Shown: positions 38,315 through 52,680 of the stretch, piece by piece
Position numbering within the stretch: position 1 is the stretch's first letter
Layout of the letters: every line of letters starts with the position of its first letter
Assembly: GCA_951406725.2 (NCBI GenBank)
Contig: OX597821.1
Span: 101,618,001 to 101,682,000 of the forward strand
From: Octopus vulgaris
Taxonomy: Eukaryota
Direction: 5' to 3'
DNA: 64,000 nucleotides
Notes under the pieces: generated by a model
What the model was told of the DNA's origin: nothing
Seen by the model: the letters and a program-made list of their open reading frames with translations, nothing else
Databases searched by the model: none
Translations under genes and position numbers: made by a program

Positions 38315-41300
38315 TCTCGAAAAGTGATAAAATTTCTAGTGAGAGATGGAGCCCGTGGTGTGGATGGAGATGCAAATCTGTGTTGTTGTTGTTGTTGGAG
38401 GAAACTGCTAGACTAAAGGTGACACAGGCTGGTAACATCAACAGCAGCAGTGCTACACTACAAATGAAGGGTGGGGTTGTTCAGGAATCACTCTAATTGG
38501 TTAACAAGGAGAAAGCTAAAGGAAAGCATTCTACCACAGGCATAAACATCCAAAAACTTCTCAGTTCTTTATGAAGTTGTCACACTCAAACAATTCAGAG
38601 ATAAGTTCCTTTTGGATTAGATTTAACTCAGAATGTTAGTGTAAAACTACAACATTGTAATTGAAAATACACTCATAAGATATGAAAAATTCAATTCATA
38701 AATTATGCTAATTGATCTATTTACTAATGTATTCAATTGATTGCGTCTTTTATGCTGGTCCGTACATTGACAGGAAGCAAAATTTATATAATTTAGAACA
38801 AGATGAAAGTGTAATGGAAGAAAGAAATATTTCCTTTCTTTGTCAAGAAACAAGAAAGAATAGAGGACATTACAAAATGAAAAAAAAAAACCCTTGTAAA
38901 TTTGTATATGATATAAACAACATCAATATGTATGGTGGTTAGTAAGTGAAAAATAGACACTGTCAGTAGTGTGGCCATGAGAAAAAGTTTATCTCTCTCT
39001 ATTGGTCAAAAAGATAGACGTTTTGATCAAGAGAAAGCACATAAGAAAAGTCAAAGAAAACATTTAGTCTGGCCAGTTGTTCATGAGGCAAGATGTCATT
39101 AACAAGTGTAATTATTGAAGTGATACAGGCCATGTACGGGCAATGATCCTGACTCAGTTTCTGGTCATCTAAAGATCTGAAATGGACTAGTCATTAAATA
39201 ATTTAATGGAGTTCATGATCCAGTAACAAACATCCGCACAAAACAATAAAGACTTCTTCCTGCATGTGTGAGTTGCAACACTACAAATTTGTCCTTGCTA
39301 ATATTCATTCCTGTCAGTACTCCAGTTTGTTGATGACACTAATACTGTGGCAGCAAGCATTAATTATACTCTGGTGTTCTGACTCAAGTGAAGGTATATG
39401 GCCTAATGTTTAGGATGCTGCACTCACAACTGCATGATCATGATTTCAATTCCCAGACTGGGTGGTGAGTTGTGTTCTTGAAGAACTCCATTTCACATTG
39501 CTCAAGTCCATTCTGCAATAGCTGGGAAGTTAACCCTGTTACAGACTACTACTATCTTGTTCAGCAGGGAGTGTGGTAATCTCAGTCACTCATATGCCAT
39601 GGAAACTGAAATAAACTCTGGCCTTATGACAAACCTAAGTAAGTTCTAACTCAAGCAGAATATTTCCAACAACATTCATAGTAAAGGCTTGAGAGTAAGC
39701 TTCATAGTAGTATTGGTGGTGAAAACAGAGAAACCTATTTAATGTATAATGAAGAATGGGACACAAACAAATGGCACGAATGATCAGATCTTCCGCACAA
39801 TATTCAGACACAGGCATGAATCAGCAAACATTATAAATGGCTAGTATATATTGAAGATTACTACATATTGATGGCATATCCTATCGACTACTTTTAACTA
39901 AATTATGTTGAGCAGAACCTTGCTAAAGTCAAATGCTTATTATCATACAAGATAGTTGTTTTAGGTAGCCATATTCAGAATTACATTTCCAATGTAATAA
40001 TATTGCATAAAAATCAAAATAAATATTGAATCAAATCAAAATACTAAATAACAAAAATATATCTAGAACACTGTTGTTTAAAATAACAGAACTAGTTAAT
40101 TAATAAGAAAGGATTATCTTGCAACTTATAACAGAAAAGTCTCATGTGTCTAATACTCTACTACTCTGATATTACAGTCCCAATATAAGCATTGAAAACT
40201 AAGTTGGGCTCAATTTATTTTCTTTGCTTTGACAAGTGTCAAACATATTGATCTTGATAATGTTCAGGAAAAAATAAATAAATAAAAAAAACACTTTTCC
40301 TTAAATAAGAGAATATATGACATGTTAAGAATGAAATTAACAGTACATTGTGAATCATTAACATTGACTGTTTGCCTTCTGTATGTAGGAGTGTATATAT
40401 ACACAGTGACTCATATGGGTTGAACTATTAAAAAATCTTCATGGTTGTATATTTCCTTTGGTAGGTCAAACCTTTGATACTGAATGGGCTGGCCGCCTTT
40501 GTTTTATTCAGAATTCAATTCTATTTTACTTTTAAATAAGGTCAGCTTTAATCTAGAAACCAAATGTCTGACTCACTGAAGATCAATGAAATATCAACAC
40601 ATCAATATCTTTTTCTTCAGAAAAAATAACAAATAAAATTTTCTGACACTCAATGATAATGTTTTTTTAATATCTTATGGAGCAAAAGATTATTTATATA
40701 AATCGAAAGCCATTCTCCTAGATAGGAAAACTGGAAGCAGTAGATAAGACTAATATAACTTGGTTCAATGTAACTCATTGCAAAATAGGAAGTTGGTGAG
40801 AATATTTTGACAGTGAGTGAATTCCAGCAAAATGCAATTCTGGAGAGTAGAAGATTGGGTGTATTTAGTTAAAAGGTTTGTCATTGGGGAGATACAGTAA
40901 GAAGAGAATGTAATGTCTAGAGAGAGGCTTAAATAGAAATGCCAAGAGTTAGTAACAAATTTAAAGGAGTAAATCAAAGGTAATAGCTGTTTAACTCCAG
41001 GTCAGCTCTAACTGAGCAGAGCTATGATCAACCATAATCACTATCTTTTTCATAGGACCACACTATCCAAAGTGTTCTTTTTTTCTAAGATGATAAGGTG
41101 TGATTTGAAGATTTGGTAAGTCAAGGGACCATTCAGTGTTGGCTCATTGTAACTGTAGGAAGATAGAAAGTGGGTTGGTCTACATTGGTCAATATTTGGA
41201 GGAGTATGCCTGAGTGTATTTGCTTATCAAGTAGACAGCTTTTCTTGTAGATAAAAGTAATCTTTTCTATTGATTAATTTGACAAGGTACAGCAGTGTTT

Positions 41301-41635
41301 CTTAGTTTAAACCTTCCTAAAGTGGAATATAGAGATAACTGGGTAGGTTTAGAGAAGTCAACTTTCAGTTTGATACTGATAATTTATGGTTATTATGTAG
41401 CTATTCAAAGATCAAAGAGCTGGTGCTTAGCTCTTATTTTAAGTGGATGATAAATAAATCTTTCTCAGATGATCCTAGTTCTTACTCTTTGAAAGCTCAT
41501 TGAACTGAAGCATGTAAAGTAGTATCTTAATACATACAATAAGCATGTGAAGGATTTAAACTTAATACCTCTGAGCCAGCAAATGAACCTCTACAAAGTC
41601 AGTTGACCTGCTAGAAATAACTAAATCTCCCTTAA

Positions 41636-41855
41636 CCCTCTAGTGTTTAAACCGGCCATATCTGGCCCAGATATTCTACATGTTTTATATTCAAACTGGC
41701 CATATCTGGCCCCTCACACCTAACCTACATTGACATTCTAAAACTAAGCAATCACATCATTGAAACCTCAAAGCTATAAGATAATGCATGATTAGTTCAA
41801 AACAATTTGAATGAAAAAGTATTACATTTAACCAAGTAATCTGAACACTAAAGGG
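41636..41855. mobile_element. piggyBac-like MITE with TTAA TSD
   Basis: ttaa|ccctctagtgttta ... tgaacactaaaggg|ttaa, with internal repeated ggccatatctggccc. Confidence 0.8.
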
Positions 41856-44800
41856 TTAAACTAAATCTACCATATTGAAAAATACATTGGTTAATATAGC
41901 TTGGAATACAATATGTGTGTGTGATGGCTTGAATAATAGCAACAATTAAAGATCTATGAACAGATAGTCTATTACTATATCACTTCAACCATTTTACTGC
42001 TACTAGGAAAATGCTGGCAGAAGGGATTTCAGGGGGAACAGTTCTGAAGGAAGAAGGACTGAATAGGTCTTTTGGTATAGAATCCAACATATTTTATAAT
42101 AATATTTTGGTTATATGGCTTATATGGAATCTCCATATAAGGTTGATGGAAATTGTTAAAGAGAGCATGTGTAAAAGAGTGCAATGGCTTAAGTTTTCCA
42201 TTATTAATTAGTAGAGGAAATGGATGAGCATGATTTTATTTAATTAAGATATCCCAGCTGACATAGAAGTGGAAACAAGATAGATTTTCTTTTTTGAACT
42301 GGTAAATGGAATGTCAACTGAACACTTCATTTAATAAAAAAAAAGGGAAAGAAAAAAAAAAATTAACTGACAGACACACTGAAACATGTGTAAGGTTACT
42401 GAACCATTTGCTCTAAAAACTAAAACTGTTAAATCACAAAAACTAATTAAAAATAAAAAACAACAAAACAATGTATGTCTATTCTCTCTGCAAATCGATG
42501 TATGGTAGAATGACATATCTCATATTCACAGGTTAGTGATACTAACTAAACTCATGTAATCATAGCATAAAAATACAAGGTCAAACTTTCACTTGAGTAA
42601 GCTTCCTCATTAACCCTCACCAACACTACCACCATAACAACAACATCAAACTAAATATCACTGTTCCATTAAATATGTCTTATCTTTTTTGCTATTTCTA
42701 ATCATGTGTGTGTGTGTGTGTTCCTCTCATCCTAGTGTAATTTATGTTAAGAAAGCTATCTAATATTTGCTCAAATCACAGTGTACTAGATCATGTAATG
42801 TTACACACACACACACATACAGTTGCTATAGTAATAGTTAAGACTCCAGATCAGTCTAAACCATAACAGAACAGAAGAGATTAATGAAATCATGATGATG
42901 AACAACAATGACAAATATTCTAATCTCCAATGCTACGAGTCAGAATCCCTTCATCAGTATCTCTACATTCAGTCACTTGGATTATATTCTTCAACTATAA
43001 TCTAAAAGTTTTACTTTGCACTCTACAATTCTTAATCAGACAAAGCTATTCTGCAGGAAATACTTCTTTTGGACATATTTTCTTATAAATGTTAATTCAG
43101 TTTTAATTCCCAGACAGAATTGTTTTGTATACATTGTGAACAATACACAAAACTTGAAACTTTCAAATTTGTGCCAGACTAAATGTTTTACAGTTCCTTT
43201 GTTGTATTCTTTTACAGTCTATATTCAAATCTCACTAGGGTCAATTTTACCTTCAGCTTGTTTCAGGGCCCCAAACATATTGTAGTCAATCTAATGAACT
43301 ATACTATATGTCAATATGAAAAATTGTCATCACCATTATCATTATTAGAATTACATACAAATAAAGAGAAAAGAATGGTAACAAAATATAAATAGTGACA
43401 GTTCTATTTTTCTATGTTGTACCTATTAAAGCTCAACCTTTTTTGCATACTCATTGGCAAAAGGAAGTGGTCCACTAGTAACACAAATAATAAACAAAAA
43501 CATTTTTCTCCCATACTAAGTCCATGATAGTGCAAGACATTTAAACCAGTACCATAGATGAAGGCAAAGCATTTCTGTTAATTTTTGAAGATAATATACA
43601 TTTAATCTCTCTGTCCAGAGTAGCTTTTTTCATTTTGAAAATATGTATATTTACATGAAAGTTTCATACCATTTGAAGTGTAAATCCCTCAAATATAGAC
43701 ACAAAGTCAATAAATAGATAAGTATAAGATGCTTTATGCTTAGGAGCACAATACAACATTTGTAGCAAGGTTTGACTATTTGATCTTGCAATCACTAGGC
43801 TAACACTAAAAGAAGGTATGCCACAGATGAGTGGGCATTACTAACTTTATCAGTTCTGTTTATAATGTGTCATATACTTCTATTTGCATTTGTATTTACA
43901 CACAGAAAGAAAAAGTATTCAGTACTTTTTCTTTATGATTGAATAGTTGTCATAGAGCTTAGTAGTTTATCAGAAGATGAGGCTTATCTTTGTTACTACT
44001 CTGAGTTTCTTGCTTCATGCAGATTGTGAAAAGTGGAAATGAGAAATATAGTGTAGCAATAGAATAACTTTGAACACACACACACAACATACACAAGCAT
44101 GTCTTTAAAGTATGAATATATAACTTTAACTCAGTATATGCTAATGTAAAGAACCTAAAGATAATTAGAAGATATACGAAGTGGCTATAAATATGAAGAA
44201 TATGTTCAGACCATTTTAATTTGCATCACCCATATAGAGAAATATTATTGTTGGTTCATCATTCATTATCCAATATAATTTTTCTTGTATTGTGTGCCTA
44301 AGCAACACAAAAAGCTTAAATTTTTATTAGGGCAGCATCTATGATATTTTTCAGGATCTCTGAAACTGGTGAAAGGAAAAGAGAAAGAAGTATCCACAAT
44401 CCACAGACTGGAGATATGCTCCAAACGCTTGCAACACAATGCACTTAGTTAAACATGCCCAAGGACCAGGTGGCGATGTTTAACTCAGTGATGGGTTAAA
44501 TTATCACCCAAGACCAGGAATATTCCCATTTGACAGGCATCCACAAACTAAATTCCACTCTTAAAGCTTTGATTGACTAAAGGTTAAAATAGTGAGTACC
44601 ATGGGATCAAACCAAAACTCACAGCTGCAAAACAAACTTCTTAACTACACAGTATCACTGAAGCTATTAAGTCACCAAGTGTCAGAAACAATAGAACACT
44701 TCGTGTTACAGAATTTAATCCATTCCTCAGCATTCTGAGTTCAAATCCAACCTAAATTGATTTATGTTGGAGCTCTCTTGAAGCAGCAAATCAATGCAAT

Positions 44801-45559
44801 ATGGGAGGTTATTGAAACAGATATACTATTCCCACTCTACAAATTATTGGTTTTTCTGACAATTTAACATATCCTGGTAATCTGGGATACAATGGTTGAT
44901 GAGCTGTTTTTTCATGACTAAATGTCCTTTCTATCATCAACTACAACAGTATTTATTTTGGCCTAAAACACCTCCTCTCTTCTGCACAATGTTTTGGAAA
45001 GTTTCCTTTCTCATTATGATCAGTTTATTTGGATTGCATATTTATTGTCTTAGGTGGCTTATCAGCCATGTCTTTCTTAACAGACATATAGAATGGAAAG
45101 ATTAACCTGGAGTAATATTTCTCAGTACATATACGTTGTTTAATAAAGAGAGATATGGAAAGAAGTGATGAAATTAGATCATATGATGCTGTGAGAGATG
45201 ATATAGTACATGACAGGCAGTGTACTATACCATAACAAACATATCCAGTTCATGCTAGCAATGAAAAACAGACATAAAAAGAGGATGCTTCTACTGCTAC
45301 TGTTGAAGATGATGACGATGATTGTTATAATTGATGGATTGATACAAATGGTAAGGCATCAAACTCAATACTTTCTGACTTCACTATTCTAAAGTCACAT
45401 CCCGTAAGGGTTGTCTTTGAGCTTCATTGCTCAAAGGTAGATCAAACATTTACCAACAAGGTATTGGTTTGATTTAACTGACTATATTCTTTACTTTCAC
45501 AAAAGTGAGCCTCTTATTGAGGCAAAACAAATCACCATAATCCTAATTATTTTCAAAGT

Positions 45560-45860
45560 TTGGAAAGGAATAAGGTGAATATTCTCAGCTGGACATGTAA
45601 TATCAATGGACATGAAAGATATGGCGCAAAAGTGTTGAGAGAAAAAGTGTGCAACTGAACAAACTACTGTAGTGTCAAAGAGAGACAACTATGATGGGAT
45701 GGGCATGTGATGTACATGAAGGGTGAGAGTTGTGTGGAAAAAGTGTTAAACAATGGGATTAGAAAAAACTTACAGAAGAGGAAAACTGAAAATCTAGATA
45801 GAAGCATTCAAATCTTGGGATACTGGGTCTCACAAAGATGGTAAAGAACTATGTCAAGCA
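45560..45860 (+). pseudogene. Older RTE ORF2 C-terminal fragment
   Basis: ILSWTCNINGHERY..VLREK..ERQL*WDGHVMYMKGESCVEK parallels 58810-58980. Confidence 0.7.
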
Positions 45861-45879
45861 AAAAGACACTAAAGTAGCA

Positions 45880-46192
45880 CCCCATCAGTTACAATGGTGA
45901 GGGTTGCAGTTGATCTGACCAATGGAACAGCTTGTGCATGAAATTAACATGCATGTGACTGAGTACAGCACAGACTCATGTACCCTTAATGTAGTTCTTA
46001 GGGATATTCAGTGTGACACAGAATGTGACAAGGATGACCCTTTGAAATACAGGTACAGCTCATTTTTGCCAACTGAGTGGACTAGGGCAATGTCCAGTGT
46101 CTTTCTCAAGGACAGAACATGCCGTTGAGAATAGAACTCATGATTTTATTATCATGAGGTGAATATCCTAATCATTAAGCCATGTGCCTTCA
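45880..46192 (-). mobile_element. tRNA-derived SINE
   Basis: Minus-strand head gaaggcacatggcttaatgattagg...gagttctattc. The same head type occurs on + at ~7022-7150, 39390-39630 and 62538-62660. Confidence 0.7.
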
Positions 46193-47452
46193 CTGAAGAG
46201 GTACTGTGTTGAAAATGACTCAACCAACCCAAACCAGTATGGAAAAGCATAAAAATCATATATCTTGGATGTTATGGAGATATTTCTTTATTTACATTGT
46301 AGATCTTATAGAGTCCAAATAAAATGATGTGATGGACTAGTTGTTTTGGGAAGTGAGGGTATTTAGTCAGAATCTGAAGAATTTTAATTTTCAAGGCTCA
46401 GCACGCATTAGAATTTCTTTCTTTTTTTTTACCTTTATATTTATGTAGGATTTAACACACACACACACAGAGTTTATTTATGATAACTGTTTATTGTGAG
46501 CAAAAATATAAACTGCTTTTTATTTCCAGATGGTAATATATTCATAAAATAATACCTGTTGAAAAGAATAGGCACAAATGAAGCATTATAGAGACATACA
46601 ATCATGGACACACACACAGAGTATATTCAAATAAACAGCAGAAATATGCAGAAGTAACAGATTGTAAATTGAAACTAATAGTGATCGATGTATTTATTTG
46701 TTGTGGAAATATCTGCCAGCTGGGTGATTTGTCTCACTTACAATTTATCTAGATAATGTTATTCGAGAGAATGTTGTTATAGCAAACCTTTTACCAGCAT
46801 GACACACTCTTATTATATATTTTTACCATCAGGATTTCCTTTGAGATACCAGGCGACTGTTTTGTAAGCGAGAGGGTTCATCATCACCATTTATTGTCCA
46901 TGTTCCATGCTAGTATTAGTTGGGTGGTTTGACAGGATCCAACAGGTCTGAGGATTGCAATGTGCTTCACTGGCTGGTTTGGCATGGTCTCTACAGCTCA
47001 ATGCCCTTCTTAACATCAACCACTTTACATTATGTACTGGGTGCTTTTAGTTTTGTAATATACTCCAGTATATTCATCATCATTTTAACATTCACTTTTT
47101 CATGCTAACATAGGTCAGATGGAATTTGTTGAAGAGAATTTTCTATAGCCAGATGTCTTTTCTGTTGCCAACCCTCACTTGTGTCCAAGTAAGATAATAT
47201 TTCTCCATAACATATTTTCATGGAAGATTGGAGACGAAGGAAACTACTTGTATGATGACGACACTTGTTTACGACTATCACACAAAGTCAAAGCAAGGAG
47301 GCAGTCACACATAAACAAACACAGACAGACTTCTTTCAGTTCCCATCTACCACATCCACTCACAAGACTTTGGTCAACCCAAGGTGCCATGCAGTGGGAC
47401 TGGACCTGAAATTGGTTGGGAAGTGTGTGCCTACTATTTAATTACTTATATT

Positions 47453-47665
47453 GATTTCAAATTTTGGCACAAGGCCAGCAATTTTGAGGGAAGGGGGAAG
47501 TTGATTACATCAACCCCCAGTGTTTAACTAGTACTTACTTTATCAATCTCAAAAATATGAAAGGCAAAGTTGACCTTGGTGGGATTTGAACTCACTACAT
47601 AAAGATAGGCAAAATACTGCTAAGCTTTTATTCAGCATGCTAACAATTCTGCCAGCTGCTGCCTA
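47453..47665 (-). mobile_element. Meta-SINE-like copy
   Basis: Same sequence as the 1192-1405 and 2520-2735 copies. Confidence 0.85.
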
Positions 47666-48253
47666 ATTTAAGTACTTATATTAATAAACAATATGAGAGA
47701 TCAAAGACACAGTCAATTCCAACTAAACAGACACTTTATAAAACATTAAAAACCAGGTGATATACTGTCTCTGTTCTTCTTATATTAATCACTGTCATTA
47801 TAATCCCTGTTTTAATATTTTTTCGTTTTTCTTAATTAGACAGTCTATTTGACAAAATCTATCCATTCCATGCTGTCTTCAGCTAAAATTCTCCTTTTTC
47901 ATCCCCAGATTTCACACACTAGCATTTCTAGCTTAAATCCATGCTTTTCTTCTGGATAGCTTAAAGCATGACCAATCACAAACTTTCCTTGTCAATTTTC
48001 CTTACCAACATGTGACAGTACTATCTTAAATTTCTTAGATATTCAGTGCCTATTGCTCTTAAATAGATTCTTTGCATATATAGTTTATATTTGGCACAAA
48101 TATATTCATTGAGAAAACTGAGGTGATTACATTAGCCTTTGGATTCACAAACAGGATCGTATTCATATTTTTGACATGATTTTACAATTACGATAACAAA
48201 TTCATAAACTCATATCTATGTATTTATACTTTTACACACACACATTCATTTAT

Positions 48254-48292
<39 letters not shown>

Positions 48293-49492
48293 ATAACACT
48301 TACATATGTACTTAAATCACTCATACAAGCTATTTAATATGCCTTTCCACACAGCATGATGGAGAATAAGCACACACGTACATAACTTATTTGTGTGAGG
48401 TTCTATAACTATCAACTGCCATTTATGCAATTACATCATGCACTCATATTCAAGATGTCTCCCAAATCACACTATTCACATGACTTCTAAAAACCAATCT
48501 AAATACACTAAACTTTACATTATAAAAATGGCTTCAGCAGCCTTGTTCTCAATGTAACGATCAGGAAAACATAGAACGAATCATAAAAATATATCTTTTG
48601 AAATTTAAGAAATATCCAAACATTTTTATTTGATTACAATAACAAAACATGGATCACATCTCCAAATGGAAACACATCAATGAAATATACAGTAGTGTTT
48701 TTAATATAAACCAGAGTAACACATCATTATCTAAACATTTTCAGTTCCATCTAAAAGCCAACTTAACCTTTTTATATTTATTTGGTGCTAAATGAACTGA
48801 AACAAATCAATATAATCAACCAAGTTATTAACGCTTCAAACTAGAGATTTATAATTATCATTTATTTTAGTGGGTTTTTTTCTCTTTTTAATTGTGCAAT
48901 AATATCAGGTCTGAAAAATTCTTAATCTTTAATTCTTCCTCATCATTATTAACATCTAATTTTTCATATTTTTTCAATAGTTATGGGTTTGACCATGATG
49001 TAAAATAGCTTCTGAACTATTTGCACATCTTTTCTCTGCTGTTGCATCTTTGACCTATCTTTGAGAAAAGTGGTTTCTTTCTCCCAAGTTAGCATATATT
49101 ATCAACTTATGATACCTATTTATGTAATAGCTATCATCCCTTCTTACCATACATACATTCCAACGTTGAGATATTTATTCTCTGGCGTAGGTGTGCATGC
49201 ACGCATCAATATATCTCATAACCTACCCTCCTACTCACACATCAATGTATTTTGTATCCAATCATAATTTTTTTCAATCAGTCTGTCTTCTAAGTTCACA
49301 GAGCCTAGCCAATGGATCATATTCAACTCGTTTATTTCCGGTTATTGAATGTCATATAATTTAACTGCTTACAATAGAATAGAGACTCTTTCCAGAGCTT
49401 CAATAGTTTTCTAAGGCCTTCAAAAGAGTTAATTCAAAGAAATCAGAATATTTTGTTCCATAGGAAATCATATTTTATTAGTCTATAGAAGA

Positions 49493-49541
<49 letters not shown>

Positions 49542-50007
49542 TTCGTGTGTATGTGCATATTAAAGTCAGAGATTATAAAATGTATAGTAAATGATTGTTT
49601 TAGTCATAATGATTGCTGATGATTGTCTGTAAATGAAGAAATTTTGTATGAGGCATGAAGAATATAAAGTTCTTATATCTCAATGTAAGAATAATTTGTT
49701 TACACAAACAAAACAAATAATAAACTCATATATAATTGATATGAAAAATACAATAAATAAATGGTAAACTTGATGAAATTATATCTCTTGAGCTTCTATA
49801 TTCATTTATTTTCATCATATAAGCTAGATTCATTTCCCCTTATCTAGAGTAAGCTATTTATTTTAAAGGTAACTTTTTATTACAGTAAAACAGAAACTAG
49901 AAGTCAATAAATTTGCTCTTCATTAGAATAATTTTGTGCTACAGTACAGATTTATTCTTGTTTACTAGATTCCCCTACCAGAATTACCTATCTTTTTAAC
50001 TGATGTC

Positions 50008-50008
<1 letters not shown>

Positions 50009-50103
<95 letters not shown>

Positions 50104-50118
50104 ATATATATATATATA
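50009..50118. repeat. (TATC)n followed by (TA)n microsatellite
   Basis: Direct inspection. Confidence 0.95.
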
Positions 50119-51586
50119 ATTGCATATTTTTTTGTAATTTTAAGATGATCATTTTAAGACAATAATTCTACAATGTTAACTTTATCATAAATTTTCTCCT
50201 TTTAACATCTTAACTTCTGCTCTAAAATTTTTTAAACATTGTAATGAAAACAATACTCATAAATTATATATCAAAAGCAATGGAATTCAGAGATGGTGTG
50301 TTGAATTCCTGATCCTGAAGGACAAAGGACAAATATAATAACACACAACTACTGTTTTATGTGTCATTTATAAGAAACCAGAATCTCTCTAAGATAACCA
50401 TAGGCTAACAATGAGCAAGTGGTCTTTTTGGCATTCAACACCTCATTAGCAGATTCTAAATGGATGATGGTTTAAATGAAACCTTAAATGAAAACTATGT
50501 CTGAATGTGCTTTCACTGTAAGCTCATTGACTCAATTACTCTCTTTTTCTCTTTTTTTTAGACATGAAATAAGTACATTGATATTTCTGAGCTTTAAAAT
50601 CAATAAAGAAATCCAAGCAAGCACACACTCACATGCATATACACACATGTATGTATGGGTATGTATATTTATATGTACACACACACATAATGGGTACATA
50701 GACATAGAATTCAAACATTTTTTTTTTATTAAATGATACTTCACAAAGAAACCAACATAGAAAAAATCTAAGAATTGAGGCACCAAGATGAAATTGACAG
50801 AACTAACAGCAATTTAAGAAAAGGAGAGAGGTGAGGTATTAGCCAGAATGACAGTTCACAATTTTGTGAGATAATAGATGAATGAACAGAAATGTATTTG
50901 GGCTTAAAATATGATCTTTTTCTACGTTTTATCAAAAGAACAAAAACAAAAAGAAAATGTATATGATAATACCATTTACTTGTTTGTTTATCTAATATCG
51001 AGTATGAGAGCAATATATGATTTAGTTCTGGGAGACTGATTTTTGTCAGGTGTCATTTAACAAGTGGGGCAACAACCAAGAATTCCTGTACAAATGATAG
51101 GAGTATTTTCGGTTAAAATGCCTCATTTTGATGTGTGTGTGTGTGTGTGGTGTGTTTAAAGAAATTAGAATATGATTCCCTACATGAACCTTCCTTATCT
51201 GGATTTTTTTTTACAGTAATTGATATAATATCAATAATGAGCATAAAACAAAAACCAGATATATTAGGTTCAAGGTTTTAAAAAAAAGAAGAAAAAAGGG
51301 TTTACAGAATATTAACAATAATAATTATAATAATCAATGCACGTATCTTCACTAGCCTAAATAATATCAAGGCATACAGTTTACATATAATCAATGGTAT
51401 CTGCTAGCTGTGTTTACTGGTTAATTAGCTAATTTACTTTAAAAGAAATATATGAGTAAATAGTCAACAGCCTATTATATTCCATCCCCTTCATCTTTGT
51501 TTCACCATCATTTCTAATCAACAAATAATTCTAGAATTGTTTAACTATAATAACGCAGAATTGGGAAAAAAATTTCCAAGTCTTAC

Positions 51587-52030
51587 CGTAGGAGGGAATG
51601 AAAATCCTTCAGATTCAACGTTGGATATAATCACAAACACCACAACAAAAAAAAAATTAAATGGGAGAGTGAGGGTGGGAGAGAAAAGGTAGGGAGAAAG
51701 AGAGAAAAGGTAAACTGCGTATGTGTATGAGTGAGTGTGCGTATGTGTGTGTAATTATATTATACACAGCAATTTGTATATGCGTCTCTATGTGTTAGCA
51801 GCTAAATATTTAAATCCCACATACAGCAGCAGAACATAAGTTAGAGAGAGTGAGGTGGCACATAGCTGCTGTCAATGACTTGCTACTACTGGTACTGCTA
51901 CCACTACCGCTATTGCTTCTTAAGTTATCTGCTACTATTGTTGTAGTTGGAACTACTGCTGCTGCTGCTACTAATGCTGCTACTGCTATAGCAATGACTT
52001 GGATTATGGGATAATGAGCAGTACTAACAG
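51587..52030 (-). other. Candidate non-coding 5' UTR first exon of Rab3 (5' boundary uncertain)
   Basis: Strong donor CTACG|GTAAGA at 51586-51581. Upstream on the minus strand are CT-rich, CA and CAG/TAG tracts and a long pyrimidine tract, with no recognisable transposon. Confidence 0.45.
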
Positions 52031-52059
52031 CTGTGCTAATATCATAAACTAATTTTTTT

Positions 52060-52680
52060 TTAGAGAGAGAGAGAGAGAGAGAGAGAAACGGGAGGGAGAG
52101 AAAGAGAGACGGGAGGGAGAGAAAGAGAGATGGGGAGAGAGAAAGAGAGATGGGGAGAGAGAAAGAGAAAGAATGAGAAGACAGAAAGAGGAAAGTGAAA
52201 TGGGGGGAAAATGAAGAGTGAAAAGAGAGAGTAAGGAGAGAATAATATTGTGGAGAGAAAGGAGAGTGTCAACTGAGAGAATATGAGTGGGTGGAGAGAG
52301 AGTGTGCAAGAATGGATAAAAAGTGAATAGAGAGAGGTGGGGATGGAAACCTAAATCGAAATTGAGTGAGAGGGAGGAGAGAGAGAATAGAGAAGAGAAG
52401 AGAAAAGAGAGAGAGAAGAGAGAAGAGATGAATAACAAGATGAACAGAAGAGATGAGAGAGAAAAAGAGACAATTTGATGAGGAAAGGAAAAAGAAATGA
52501 GAGAAATGGAAGATAGATAAGATTTAAAGATGAGCAGGGAAAGAAAAAGAGAATAAAAGATGAAGCGAGAAAGTGAGAGAGAAAGACAGAGAGATGGAGA
52601 GACTGAAAGACAGACAGATAAAGGATTGGAATAAGAGAGCTGGAGAGAGAAGGAAGGAATAAAGGAAAGAAGCAAGTGTT
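52060..52680. repeat. ~620 bp purine-rich (GA) low-complexity tract
   Basis: Plus strand is overwhelmingly A/G and includes imperfect ~20 bp repeats (gggagggagagaaagagaga). It explains the spurious 228 aa L/S/F ORF. Confidence 0.9.

Noticed and set aside
48528-48557. ATGGCTTCAGCA (MASA) resembling the Rab3 start
   Set aside because: Opposite strand, stops after 9 codons, and no further similarity.
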